Below are positions 26,036 to 38,960 of a stretch of DNA of 64,000 nt, piece by piece (positions within the stretch are counted from its first letter, which is position 1; the number at the start of each line of letters is the position of its first letter). This DNA is from Sphaerodactylus townsendi (lineage: Eukaryota). The DNA lies in NCBI RefSeq assembly GCF_021028975.2, contig NC_059426.1, positions 37,262,001 to 37,326,000 on the forward strand, written 5' to 3'. The notes beneath the pieces were generated by a model. It had not been told where the DNA came from. It ran no database searches and saw nothing but the letters and a program-made list of their open reading frames with translations. The position numbers were made by a program, and so were the translations under genes.

Positions 26036-26117
26036 GTAATCCTAACAACTCTTTCCTGGAAGTAAGCCATACTGTATAACATGGGACATACTTCTGAGTA
26101 GACCTGCTTAGGATTGC
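26036..26117. repeat. Short (~80 bp) palindromic dispersed repeat
   Basis: AATCCTAA...GGAAGTAAG...TACTTCTGAGTAGACCTGCTTAGGATTG; related copies at 27909-27994, 29366-29447 and ~51125-51180. Confidence 0.7.
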
Positions 26118-27288
26118 TCCCAGAGAATGTCATTCATTGTATGCATATTAAGAAGTAAATGGCATTAAACTCAGTGGAACAAACTTCTCCATACTCATGA
26201 CTGTAAGTTTTTACAGGATAAGACTGTAAGTCCTTTGGGACGCCATCCTAAGAGCATTTTGCTGTGAAGAAGACCTATTGAATAAATTGTTTAGGATTGC
26301 TTGTATCAATTACCAGTTCTGGTGTATCAGAAGTAATTAGAACCATGCTGGGTGTTTTTCAACTGATGATTTTGTAAGATGAGCAAAAGACAAATTTGAA
26401 GAGGTGCTGAGGGACAGTTTATATCATGGGGAGGTTCTGAGATTAAATATGTCCAGTGGATTTTGAGATGCATTTCTTGTTTCCTACAAGAAACATGTTG
26501 TTTACAAATAGAAGATGGTAATTATTATACCATAGTGCCATCCACAATCAATTAAATTGTGAATGAGGAAAAAAGAAAATTGTATAATATTCTGTATGGA
26601 TTCAAAGTCCACGTTGCTGACCATTATACCATGGAGCCTAGATATAGGAGTTATAGGAATAGGATTATGACTTGAATCCAATGCACTGTGAGTAGATTTC
26701 TGCTCCTAGGAATGGCTTTCCTGCTTCTCCTTTCATGTGTCCACTGAGAAGGCAGCCTTGAGGACTGCACAATCTTTTTGAATGGTAGGGAACATTATTC
26801 TAGGGGAGGCCAGGCGATGGAGAAATAGCATACATTTTCAGCCCCCCCCCCCCACTATATGATATAAATGTTATTTCTTCTCTCACACATCTAGATATTG
26901 AAGGATGTTAATTTCTTTTAAAGTTTCCATTGTTTTTTCAACTGTGGTGGTTTTCCAATGCTACCGTGAACTTCACATTAAATTTTGATTGCTACCAAAT
27001 TTGTGTAGGAAAATAAGAAGATACTGCACCAATGAAATCTAATCCCCATGTCATATTAATTGCTGTATTTATATTTTCATGTTAATTATGATCTGGATTT
27101 AAAAGGAGGGCTTAATAAAGATGTCTGACAATTTCTTGCAATAGCAATCTTTGATAAGTGGATAAATATTGTTGGTTGTAACTAGCTTGAAAGAAGAAAC
27201 TTTTACAGTAGCCTGGGAAAGCTGTTCTAGTTTGAGATTGAGCTCCACCTGTGGCAGCACCTGCAAAGCGCTTCTCTTGTCATCCATT

Positions 27289-27413
27289 CACAGGTGTCAA
27301 ACTCGCAGCCCTCCAGATGTTATGGACTACAGCTCCCATCATCCCCTGCCAGCATGATGCTGGCAGGGGATGATGGGAACTGTAGTCCATAACATCTGGA
27401 GCTTGACACCTAT
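27289..27413. mobile_element. Palindromic hAT-type MITE
   Basis: CTCCAGATGTTATGGACTACAG...CCAGCATGATGCTGG...CTGTAGTCCATAACATCTGGAG fold-back. Confidence 0.8.
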
Positions 27414-27908
27414 CGTTCGGTGGTGGTTAAAAGTTCTGTCAAGTTGCATATGGCTTATGGGGTTTTAAAGGCAAGAGACATTCAGAGGTGGTTTGCCATT
27501 GCCTGTCTTCATCTGAACAGAAAGAAAAATAGTTTAAAAATCAGAATGCTGACTCTCAGGTGGATTGCCAAGACGGGTGACCAGGGAAATAATATTCCTG
27601 GGTGCCCACTGTCAAGCAAATCATGTGATTTGTTTTCTCGTGTTGACTTGGTGGTATGAGGGGAACTCATGATAGCTCTCAGCAACCTTGGACAGGGATG
27701 GACCAAAAGCCCCACTCTGTATTTCCCCCAAAGTGTTTAGATGTATTGTCTTAAAATATGTTGTGACCCTGTTCTTTGTTTGAACTATTTGACCCTTAAG
27801 TAAGGACAGGCATGAATACTGCAGGGGAAACCCTCCCCTCCTCTCCCAGTTCTGTTACACTATGGATACTTGGGCAGCTATATTCTTCATATGATGTAAG
27901 GTACTGGC

Positions 27909-27994
27909 AGTATAATCCTAAATAGAATTATATCCTTCTAAAACCATTAATTTCTTTAGATTTAAAAGGGCATAACTCTGCTTAGGATTGCACT
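27909..27994. repeat. Short palindromic dispersed repeat
   Basis: AGTATAATCCTAA...TAACTCTGCTTAGGATTGCACT termini. Confidence 0.6.
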
Positions 27995-28890
27995 AGGACA
28001 AGATTTAAAAACCTGTAACCTGTGGCAGTCTTTCCCAAATGCTAGGTCATGACATCTCTCTGGGTGGTTCGTCAGGCCCTTGGAAGTGGGCTTATAAATC
28101 AACGTGGCAAAAAAAGTTAAAGTTGGATGTGAGATTTCCGGGCTTATGAATGAAGCCAATAAATGGCTCTTGAACAGCAGCAACATTCAATAGATGGGTC
28201 CTCTCAATCAACCATTTCAGGACTAGTGACGAGGATATTTGAAGCTGCTCTCACAGCTTTTGAACAATAAAGAACAGGGGAGAATATTCACTGGAATTAA
28301 TCCTAGTAACCCTTGGACTGGTGAAGTGGACTACCAAAGAAACTGAACTATTGAACCATTTGCTTTAGATAACAAAATTCAGGAGATTGGAATGCCTAAT
28401 AAGCAGATTAATTAGTTTACTACATACCTCCACCCAACACTTTTAGTATTTCTTCTGAAAAGAACAGAGGTATATTGGTATATTGTGTGAGTATAGTCTT
28501 GGAATGGCCTTGACTATTAAATCTGTCTGAATTCCTGTGACTCAGATTATTTAAAATTTAAGCCTCACCCCCAAAAGCAGAATTCATCTTTTCCATACCT
28601 GTGTGGTTGGATTGCATTTAATGTATACATCCACCAATCCTACCTGTGTTACGATATATACCCAGCGTTGTTCGGCTGAATCTTGGATCATGTGTAACTT
28701 TTCTGATGCTCAAGGCACAAGACTTGTATTTAGAAGCTCCCCAGTACAAAGCAGTTAGTAACAACAATTTGCCTGTTCAGATGAAGCAGCAAACTAGAGT
28801 TATTTCCTAACTCAGTAAATAAGCAATTGATTCTAAGCTTCAGGAAAAAGAAAAAAAGGATAGGGGAATGAGTGATGGATGCAGTACACA

Positions 28891-29020
28891 NNNNNNNNNN
28901 NNNNNNNNNNNNNNNNNNNNNNNNNNNNNNNNNNNNNNNNNNNNNNNNNNNNNNNNNNNNNNNNNNNNNNNNNNNNNNNNNNNNNNNNNNNNNNNNNNNN
29001 NNNNNNNNNNNNNNNNNNNN
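28891..29020. other. Assembly gap (130 N)
   Basis: N run adjoining the tail of a minus-strand L2. Confidence 0.98.
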
Positions 29021-29310
29021 TGCCCTGCTTTTCCCGTCATGGGCTCAGGAGGCTAACAACGTTTAAAATACAGAATCAATTTAAAATCAGTAAACCAACA
29101 CACAATTTACTAAAATCTACAGCACTAATTACTATAACCTACCAAGGGGAAGAGGAGAGATGATGTCCAATAAAATATGGAAAATATTGGAGAATGGCGG
29201 AGGGGGAGACTTAAGATGGAAAACCATATCTGCCTCAACCATATGCCTGGTGGAACAGCTGTGTCTTACAGGCCCTGCGGAACTGTGTTAAGTTCCATAG
29301 GGCCCCGTCT
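29021..29310 (-). mobile_element. L2 LINE 3' end
   Basis: GCCTGGTGGAACAGCTGTGTCTTACAGGCCCTGCGGAAC is the reverse of a typical L2 ORF2 end; similar to 13167-13478. Confidence 0.7.
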
Positions 29311-29365
29311 CACCAGGTAGAACAGTCTAAGTCTCAGTAGGTAGAGCTGGTCTCACGTTATGACT

Positions 29366-29447
29366 GCAATCCTACGAGCACTTTTCCTGGAGTAAGCCCC
29401 ATTGAATAAAATGGGAGTTACTTCTGAGGAGACCTGTTTAGGATTGT
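29366..29447. repeat. Short palindromic dispersed repeat
   Basis: GCAATCCTA...GGAGTAAGCCCCATTGAATAAAATGGGAGTTACTTC...TAGGATTGT. Confidence 0.75.
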
Positions 29448-29920
29448 TCTATATGTCTGTCTTCTTGTCATCATTAAAGGTTGGATCCAAAGAACTGTCC
29501 ATGGAGTTCTACTGACAGTACTGACCTTTCTTGCCCTTTTTGCAGCTCCTCATTCCCCTAGAAAAGCTGCTTCTGAGGGCCCAACTATACATTTGGCAAC
29601 CACGGGATGCTGACACCATTTTAGAGCCGAACTCTCGTGGCCATTTAAAAATGCCACAAGAGCCCAACCCTGCACAGGTCTTCACTGCAGCAGGACCTCG
29701 CGATCTTGGGAACCCCCCCCCCACACACACACCCCTTTTCAAGAGTTTCGGAACTTGAAAAGGTGCAGGGGAGGAGGATGACAGTGTAGCTTAGTTTTGC
29801 TATGCTGTGAACCTGATCAGATTAGGGCCCTTGCAGCAATTTTTTAATGACCATTTGGATATCCTGTTTGGCCCAGAGAGTCTGTAGATCCTTGAAAATG
29901 GGGAATGTAGCACAACCATG

Positions 29921-30150
29921 CAGTGGTGTAGCTGACATGGGGCGGGGTGTATGTGTGTGTGCCGTGTGGGGGTTGAAAATCACACCACTCCCCCTTCCTC
30001 TGCCCCGCCAAGCCTGGCAGAAGCCTGGCACAGCCTGGAGTTCAACTGGCTGCTGTTTGCAGCCTGGAGTTCAGTTGGCTACAAAAAGCAGCCTGCTAAA
30101 CTAAGGCAAGTTTGCCCCGGGTGCCATTTCTCCACTCCTCCACGCCACTG
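29921..30150. mobile_element. hAT MITE (230 bp)
   Basis: CAGTGGTGTAG...CCACGCCACTG TIRs; TSD CAACCATG/CATCCATG (1 mismatch). Confidence 0.8.
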
Positions 30151-30489
30151 CATCCATGGGTGGGAGACGATTTGCAACCCAAGTGAGAAATTCACATTCT
30201 GGGGCCCAATGGTAGATGAGCAAAAGTGTGTTATAATAATATAAAATCACTTTTTGATTCATTCTTATGTTAGCAAGTAATGTCTAGGTCCCATAAAGCA
30301 TTTCTGCTGATGAAAGAATAAGTGAGTTTTTATCAAACTTTCCTCCCAGATCAGAAGTGTGAGCTGCCGTGGAGGTGGTAAAGCCAGATAGTCATGCTCC
30401 ACTGACAGAAATCTTTTTGTCAGATGAAATGTTTAGCAGGATCCAAGCCAATAACATTTTTCACCATACATTTGACTATACTATAGTGT

Positions 30490-32880
30490 ACCGTAAGTGC
30501 TGTCCAGTCACTTTCGACTTCATGGTGACCCTAGGAATCAATGTTCTATCATTTTACAGCCTTTCTCAGGTATTGCAAACTGAGGGCTATGGCTTCCTTT
30601 GTAGAGTCAATCCATCACATGTTGGGTCTTCCTCTTTTCTGGTTGTCTTCAACTTTTCCTAGTCTTTTCCAGTAACTTTTATCTTCTCATAACGTGACCA
30701 AAGTATGATGGCCTCAGTTGAGTCATTTTTGCTTCTAGGGAATGTTCAAGCTTAATTTGATCAAGAACCTGCTTTTGTGAGGGGGGGGGCAGTCCATGGT
30801 ATCCAAAACACTCCCCTACAACACAACTTTTCAAAGGAATCTACTTTTTATCATTTTTTGGGAAATGGAATGTAAATTGCCAATTCCAGTCTGTCGGACA
30901 TTGTTATGTTTTTTATATTTGTTGGCATAATCTTGTCAAGATTTTCATGGATTCTGTTTCTATAGTTTAGAATAGCAATATTAATAGCTGCTGGTGATTT
31001 GTTTCTTCCAATTGGTCTCAGTGCAGCTTTCACTTCACTTTGTAAACCTGTCGGTTCTTCTTCAAAGGATTCTTCTTGGAAATAATCTGTCATCTCTTCT
31101 ATATATAGTTCTTCAGTGTATTGTTCCAACCTTTTCTTTATTTTGTCCAGTTAATGTATTTGTAAATCTTTCAACATGCCTTAAATTTCCCTTTGATTTC
31201 TTGGATTTTGTGGAACAGATCTTTTGTTCTTCCTTTTTTGTTGCCCTTCTCTATTATTTTAACACTGGTTTATTATGATAGTTCTCTTTGTCTCTACCTG
31301 TGAGTCACTTCAGTGCTCCATTTAGACTTTGGTTTTGTTTCTGTTACCTTTTACTTTTGCTTCATGTCTATCTTTAGCAATTTTAAGAGTTTCCTCAATC
31401 ATCCATGAAAGTTTTTCATTTCTGTTGGCGACAGGAATAGTTTTTGCACATTCTTCCTTAATAATGTCTCTAGTTTCAACCCATAGTTCTTCTGGTTTAC
31501 ATTCACTTGAACTTAGTAATGCAAGTCTGTTCTTTACTTGATCTTTAAAATCCTTAGGAATGTTGCATCAATCATATTTTGATCACTATGAATTTTCTGG
31601 GGGTTTTCTTCAGCTCTATTCTAATTTTTTATATTAACAATTCATAGTCTATACCACAGTCAATTACTGGTCTTTTCTAAGCAGAAAGAATAGAGCTTCT
31701 CCATCTTCTGGTTCCAATTATGTAATCTACTTGATTTCTATGCTGGTTACCCAGTGATGTCCTTGTATGAAACCATCTGTTTGGTTGCCTGAAACATGTG
31801 TTTGCAACAAACAAATTGTTATGTTCACAGTAGTCTATGAGTCCCTCTCCTTCTTTATTTTGTGCTCCTAGCCCAAATCTGTCAACAATATTTGGCTCAT
31901 TCCGCACATGCAGAATAATGCACTTTCAAACTGCTTTCAGTGCTCTTTGAAGCTGTGCGGAATAGCAAAATCCACTTGCAAACAGTTGTGAAAGTGGTTT
32001 GAAAACGCATTATTTTGCGTGTGCGGAAGGGGCCTTTGATTCTGCTTTATTTTCTACTTTTGCATTCCAGTTCACCAATAATTATCAGTACACCTTGTTT
32101 AGATGTGTGATCAGTTTCTTCTTGAACACTTGCATAAAAGCTTTCAATTTCTTCCTCATCAGCATCTGTAGTTGGTTCATAAACTTGAATGATGGTTATA
32201 TTGATAGGCTTTCCCTGAAATCTGATTGATATTATTTGCATTATAGCCCCTGGTTGCCTGTGCTACATCCCACCTCAATATTAAAGCAACTCCATTTCTC
32301 CTTTTTTTGTGATCCCCTGAGTAAAATATTTTGTAATTTTCTGACTGAAAATGTCCTTATCCAGTCCACTTTAGTTCACTTACTCCCAGGATTGAAATCT
32401 TTAAACGTTCTATTTCTTGTTGTACAGTTTCGAGCTTACCTTGATTCATGCTCCTCACATTTCATGTTCCTATTATATGGGCCATACAACTTTGGACTTT
32501 CCTTTTGCATTCATTCATGTCAACAACTAAACATCTTTTCAGCTTTATAGTGCTACTCATACTTGTCTTCCATTTTCCCCCAGTAGCTGATTGAGTGCCA
32601 TTCCACCTGGGAGTACCATTTTCCAGCACTATATTTTTTTCATTTTGGCTTGTCTCTTCATATAGTTTTCTAGGAAAGGATTGATCAGTAGAAGTAGTTT
32701 ATCATTGCCTTCTTCTGCATAGTACTAACCAGGTTAGCTACAGTGCCAGTGCCATTGTCTATCAAAGATCCTCCACCATTGTCACCTTCATTACTGCTGC
32801 TTCCCAGTGGCTAGCCTTCAAGAATTCCTTTGCCCACATCACCATTGGAACTGTATGTTCTCTTTTGGTGATGTGGCCGT
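30490..32880 (-). mobile_element. RTE-BovB-like LINE, endonuclease retained, RT core deleted
   Basis: Minus-strand peptides 'IISIRFQGKPINITIIQVYEPT', 'RFGLG..N.EGEGLIDYC..NNLFVANTCF', 'NQVDYII', 'YTEELY', 'IYIPFPKK', followed directly by C-terminal 'KVDSFE..C.R....IPWT' and an RTE-type 3' tail; 5' boundary approximate. Confidence 0.9.
31894..32034. mobile_element. PIF/Harbinger-like MITE (141 bp) nested in the RTE
   Basis: TIRs GGCTCATTCCGCACATGCA...TGCGTGTGCGGAAGGGGCC; 3-bp TSD TTT; removing it restores the RTE peptide 'NKAESNIVDRFGLG'. Confidence 0.85.
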
Positions 32881-32893
32881 TGATCATTTATAC

Positions 32894-33306
32894 CAGTGAT
32901 GGCGAACCTTTTCGAGAACGAGTGCCCAAATTCCAACCCAAAACTCACTTATTTATCGCAAAGTGCCAACACGGCAATTTAACCTGAATACTGAGGTTTT
33001 AGTTTAGAAAAAACGGTTGGCTCCAAGGCATGCGTTACTCAGGAGTAAGCTTAGTGAAGCAACCGTGCAGCGCTTCAAATGGGTGAATCACGATCCTAGG
33101 AGGGTTTACTCAGAAGCAAGCCCCATTGCCAGCAACCGAGCTTACTCCCAGGTAAAGGATCATGCCCAGGCCAGCCTAGGTGTGTGTGTGTGTGGGGGGG
33201 GGGTAATTTTCCACCCCTCCCACATGATGAACTCTGTGTGCAAGTGCCCACAGAGAGGGCTCTGAGTGCCACCTCTGGCATCTGTGCCATAGGTTCGCTA
33301 CCACTG
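32894..33306. mobile_element. hAT MITE (CAGTGATGGCGAACCT family, 413 bp)
   Basis: TIRs; TSD ATTTATAC/ATTTATAT. Confidence 0.9.
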
Positions 33307-34739
33307 ATTTATATTCAGGACCAGCATGCAAGCAGTGACACAGTTCTTCCTGTTTCTGTCCATACTTTGTTTCCTTGAATACGTTAATTAAGGGTTTCTT
33401 TTAAAATTTGAATTTTGTATAACCCTGTCCTAAATAATCATTGTAGCTGAACAACATGGCACTCATTTAATGATCAAAATAAGGAAAGCTTGTTTAGTCC
33501 CTAGGGAAATAGAATGATATATAGCTTTGCTTATTATAAGCTCCAACATTTGAAGAAAATAAAAGGCATTCGGCTTGGATTAGTTGCAACAGATTCAGAG
33601 CACTACCATTGAATGCAGGAAACTAAACTTGTAGAAAAAGGAAAACAGAACTAAGTTGTTAGCACATCATTTTTGTTGAAACATTTCACAATTTAAATTA
33701 CAGTTAAACAGATATAGACCACAGTCTGCTGACTCTGGAAGTATTCCAGTAAAGTCACCGTGGCTACTTCATAGTAAGTGGTTTTGAGAGTCAAATCTTG
33801 CTGTCTGTTTACTTGTTTGTTGTGCCTTATTTAAAACAGTGTTGCTTGATGAGAAGAGGTAGATTATCACTAATTTTGATTTGTAACCGAGTTTGTGTCA
33901 TGCAGTTAAACAAGCCCTGAAAAATCATGGTGTGCTATTTGTGTTTCTCTTAACATTTTATCACTGGCTTTGATTGTAACTCAAGCTGGCATATGCTAAA
34001 TAAATAGTGCTGCAAGAACCACCCTTAGGTTGCTTCACAAGCAACCAGACTCTCTGAACCAAAGAGTCTTTAACACTTGATATTATTCTTAAGCTACACG
34101 TTTATTTCTTAAGGACTGGATGCTGTTATATGCTTTAGAGCTGAGGGCTATGCTAATAGGCCATAAAGACCTAGTGTGTTTTGAGGGACGGGCGGTAGAT
34201 AGGTGAGTTCTTTACTGAAGTGTAATAACATTAGGCAACAGATGGAAATATGTGATCAGTTGTCTGTATAGTGGTGGGAGACCTTTTCAGAAGCAACTGG
34301 GAATCACTTTTGCTGTGTAGAAACAATATATTGTGTATTCTGTCTCCTTCAAAAAAAAAAAGATGTTTGCAAATAATAATGGGGGAGTTGCTTTATATTT
34401 CCAACATCTCCAGTTAAAAGGATCAGGTAATGAGTGATGTGAGGGGAGGTTGTGGGCACCGTATGTTGTGGGGCAATGTGCTGATATGGCTTCCTGTGTG
34501 AATAGAAGTGATGACGTTCTAGCATTTGGCTAAGAATTTTGACCAAATGCTGAAGCGCCGCTGGCAATGTGTTAATTGCACAGAAAGTGATGTCAGCGCA
34601 TCAGGATGCTGGCAATCACCACTCCGACCCATTACACCTCCATTTTTTTTGGCCTTCCAATTGAATGATGGTGAGCTGGAGATCCCCCACCTTCAGCAGG
34701 AAAATGGTAATCCTGCGTGAAAAACCTTAGCCTAAGATC

Positions 34740-34826
34740 ATAAGAGAGCCACTGATAGTCGTATTAGGCAATATTGGCCTTGATAGACCAGTGTTTTTAT
34801 TCAGTATAAGGCAGCATTATATGTTC
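34740..34826 (+). mobile_element. CR1 3' end remnant
   Basis: CAATATTGGCCTTGATAGACCAG...TCAGTATAAGGCAGC...ATGTTC. Confidence 0.55.
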
Positions 34827-34850
34827 AGCTCAGAAACATTTAGTTGTAGC

Positions 34851-35241
34851 CAGTGGTGGGATCCAAAAATTTTAGTAACAGGTTCCCATGGTGGTGGGAT
34901 TCAAACTGTGGCGTAGCGCCAATGGGGCTGGGCGGGGCATGACGGGGGCATGGCCGGGCGTTCCGGGGGCGGGGCATTCCTGGGCAGGGCTGTGGCAAGG
35001 ACACAGCTGCTGTGCCGGTCCTTGGGCGGAAAACGAATGCACGCAGGCGCAGGCTGCCACGCACGCCAGTGCACCTCCTGCTAGACTGCTTCAAGTTCTG
35101 CGTGCTACTGCTGAGAGGAGGGCGTAACTAAGGCAAAAATCACATGGCAAAATCACCAATTAGTAACCCCCTCTCGGCACACACAAATAATTAGTAACCT
35201 ACTCTCGGGAACCTGTGAGAACCTGCTGGATCCCACCTCTG
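34851..35241. mobile_element. Non-autonomous hAT transposon (391 bp), inverted relative to 936-1326
   Basis: TIRs; TSD GTTGTAGC at 34843-34850 and 35242-35249. Confidence 0.92.
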
Positions 35242-35315
35242 GTTGTAGCTGGTCTGTCTGAATTTACTGTTCACAAATGGCAATTTTTTTTTCAACTCTT
35301 TAAATCCCCATTTTT

Positions 35316-36348
35316 GCAGCTGCTACCATCAGTTATTCTGCCATTGCATGTTTCTTTTATGGAAAGGGCCACTCCCTTGTCCCAGCAGCACTAAAAATCT
35401 TTAACTCTAAGATAGAAGCGCAGTTACTTTATGGAGTACCTATCTGGCTCCAAGCAGTTGACGACTCCTTGAATACTGTCCAATCCAAATATTTCCGAAA
35501 AATTATGGGCCTGCCAAATTGTGTACCCATTGAGCGCGGCCCTCTGATTTGAGAACTGGGCCAAAAATTCATTAGTTTATAGGGCTTGGTTGAGAGCTTT
35601 TAAATTCCTTTGGCTTCTCGGCCTGCATTTCATGCAGAGATGATGAGCACTTTCGCTGATTCACCTTACTTTTGTCTGATACTCAGGCTAATCCATGGTT
35701 CTTCTCTGACTCGAAAGAAAGATTGAATCAATTTTGGAAGGTATTTCTCTCGACTACTTTTCCCGCTATCTAGTTCAGAATCCTACAACTTGTTAAAACA
35801 AAAATGCTGTTGGAAAGTTTAATGGATTAATTTATTTAGGGCTGCTATAAAAACTTGTTCACCCTTACATCTTTGCAATAGCCCTATATCAACACAGGAT
35901 GGCTTCCTATTTGTATTTTTTTTTGATCTAATCCAATGCAGAGAAGAGCCCTCACACTTGCTCGCTTCAATGTTTTCCCCTCCACTTTATTGCGTGGTAG
36001 ATTTAACAACTTGGAAATGAGCGAAAGGGTATGCTCTTGTGGTGAACAACAAATTGAAACATTGGCACATCAACTGCTTTGCTGCCCTAAATCTGCTAAT
36101 ATCAGATCAAAATATTCCAATATTCTTTCTAGGATACCTAGTGAAATGGGAGAATCAGGTAGACTTCCTTTCCTTCTGGACAATTCTGACAATGAAACTT
36201 GTGAATTGGTAGCACAATTTTTACTGGAGGTGATGCACAATCAATAATTTATATTCTATCTTAAACCTTTATATTTGTATACCTTTTATCTCAGGTTTTT
36301 TATTGTGTTATGATTATTGTTATGCCAAATAAAGGCTTATTATTATTA
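35316..36348 (+). mobile_element. 5'-truncated LINE 3' end (RTE-X-like)
   Basis: Peptides 'KIFNSKIEAQLLYGVPIW' and 'RRALTLARFNVFPS...ERVCSCG..IETLAHQLLCCP' (CCHC motif); AATAAA plus (TTA)n tail; 15-bp TSD TAAATCCCCATTTTT at 35301-35315 and 36349-36363. Confidence 0.85.
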
Positions 36349-38449
36349 TAAATCCCCATTTTTAAAAAATATTGCAGTGGGGAATTCCATCTTTGTGGAT
36401 CTGTAACCATGATCTCATAATCATATGAAACTGCCTTGTACTGGCCAGTACACCACCCATCTTGCCTATTTCCTGGCTTTTCAAATTGGCAGCAGATCCT
36501 CATAGTTGCTAGGCAGACATTTTGCCCAGCTCTATTATTTGAGAGTCTTTTTAGAACTGAAGATGCCAGAGATTGCCTAGGAGTTGTAACCCCTGTCAGA
36601 GAGGATATGAGCTCCTGGCCACAGTGGCTGCAATTATCACTTAAACTACTGTTGCCACTGCTGTGCTAGGTAAGAAAAAGACATATTTAGAGATTAGAGC
36701 GCAGGGTGTGTATGTAAAAGGGATTAAAAACAACCTCTTGACCAGAAGTATTTCCAATGGACAAGAATATTTGTATTAAAACTAGAAATTTAATCCATCC
36801 TGGCAAATTGTGTCATTGGAATTGGTCTTAATGGCAGAAATGGTGAAAAGATAGACAGTCTGGCTTGATTGCATGAATGAAAATAACTAAAAAGACTTGC
36901 TTTTAAAAAAATACAACTTCATATCACTGGTTCAAAATTTGCCGTAGTTATGGAACCATGCCCTTGAACAGTGCATGAGCTCTATTTTTATGTGAACTAT
37001 CAAGGGAAGTGACTTCTTCCCTCATCTTGTCTGAAAAACCCAGCCTCTAAACTGTCTACAAAATGACATGTTTGTCATTTATTTCTTTCACTTGTCAACA
37101 GACTTTCAGACTGTTTTTGGAGTAAGTTTGTTCATATGCTTCTGTCTGCATGCAGAATGCGGTGTGCTTGTGGCGGGTGTCTTCAACTGAAATGCTTTTT
37201 CACTAATCTTTATGCAAAGCATCTATTAGTTCGATGCCTTTATTTAAAACCCTCAGGGCATTTAACAGTGAACTGTTTAGGCAATTCTGGGATAGATTCT
37301 GTTTCAGAATTTCCACCTTTATCCTTGCCACCATTTACTAATGCTTTTGCAAGTTCCTTTGCATGGATTATCTGTTTCTTATAATGCATCAATCTAATGA
37401 CCACAGTTTGTGAAATGCTGGTCCAAGGTTTAATGATAGGTGATACCATGGTTCTGTGATTTTTTTATTTCATTTGAATTGTTGTTACATATATAAAGGA
37501 GTTTTCTTCACTGGGTGTTTTTTTGTTTCTGAACTGTGTTGTTTTTTCCTCTCCTACACACAGTATTGTTTGCAGCTTTTAAAAAAAAATATGGGAATTA
37601 AAAAACAACGAGAGCAATGATGTTGTGTGTACAGGGGGGGCGGTGCGGGGAACCGATGCTGTTAAGAAGCCAAACTGGAGCAAACACCTAGTGATAGAAA
37701 AGCTCAGATTTAGTCTTCAAGAAAATATATATGATGGAAATATTAAGTCCTGCCTCTTTCTAGCAGCAGCCAATGGGAACTGATGGAATATTAATGAGGA
37801 CAGCTGGAAATCAACAGTTAAAAGGATTACAGTCATTAGTTAGGGAGTTGTGAGAGTGTCAGGCTGAGTGAAGCTGTGGCAAAGAGCTACTTAAAGCTCA
37901 CTGGAGAAAAGGTCAATTTGTAACCCAAGATCCCAAATGCTGGAATAGGGAACAGTTAAAAAGTTCAATGGCAAAGGAACTTTGTAACCTCAACCTGAGT
38001 TTATTCAGTGTTATCTTCAAACCATAAATAACCATGCATAAACCATACAAACTAATTCTTTGTTTAACTCTGTGAGCTGGTTGTCTCAGGGAAATAAGCG
38101 CCCTGACCACACAAGCTAAGATCTTGGTCTCTTTATATGTTAGGATACAAATAAATTGTGTCAGCATGTGAATGAAACAGCGTTTGAGTTCCTAATATCT
38201 ATAGCTCTGTGTGGTGTTTGAGTGCAGGACAATTATTAAAGGGGGCTGGGCTACCTGTCTGTTGATATCTCTGTGAGTGAGATAGAGGTGTGAAATGGTC
38301 ACAGAACTCTATAGAATTCAAAAGATGCAAGAAGCGTAGTGATTGGTGGTGGCCTGACCTAACTGTAAGCTTGACCCTGTGGGAGAGTGGTGGTAGAGAG
38401 TGGTAGATACTCTGTGTAAGTGAAAAATGTGTGCTACAAGATAATTCAG

Positions 38450-38960
38450 TTCATCTTTACACCAAGAGCAACGAATATATGACACAGTCTTATCCTGGCT
38501 GTTACGTATGGAAGACCACATTTGGGGCGATCTTTCCAGGTCTTGTTCATTGTGTAGATGATGCAGCTGACCTTTGGCTTCCAGAGAGCCATGATGTGAC
38601 TACAGTGTCTTCTTTGTTGCATTCACAGGATCCCAAACTATATGAAACAGAGCTGAAAGGATTCTACTTTCAAGGGGATTTCTATAGTGGTTCTATAACA
38701 TGTTTCCCAATTCCTTAAGTTCCTGACTTGTACCCAGATGGCAATGTTATTCTTTTCTTATTTACCTCTTGATTTGCCCTGATATCCCTTTTGAATATCT
38801 TTTGACTGGCTAATATGGTGTTCTTCATCTGACTGCTATATCTACTTGTGTGGCACGTACAGATCCTTCTGTTGAGTCCTGCCATAATGACTGCTGCCTT
38901 TTGAGCATAGTAGTGAATGATTGTTTCTTGGACTGCATGTTCAAAAGCCTGGATCATGTC
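38450..38960 (-). mobile_element. Possible ancient RTE-type LINE fragment
   Basis: 'IHYYAQKAAVIMAGLNRRI' resembles the RTE post-RT motif 'RI.KA...M..L.KRVW'. Confidence 0.3.

Noticed and set aside
936-35241. 34-kb inversion or composite transposon between the inverted 391-bp twins
   Set aside because: Each copy keeps its own matching TSD pair, so no exchange between them has occurred.
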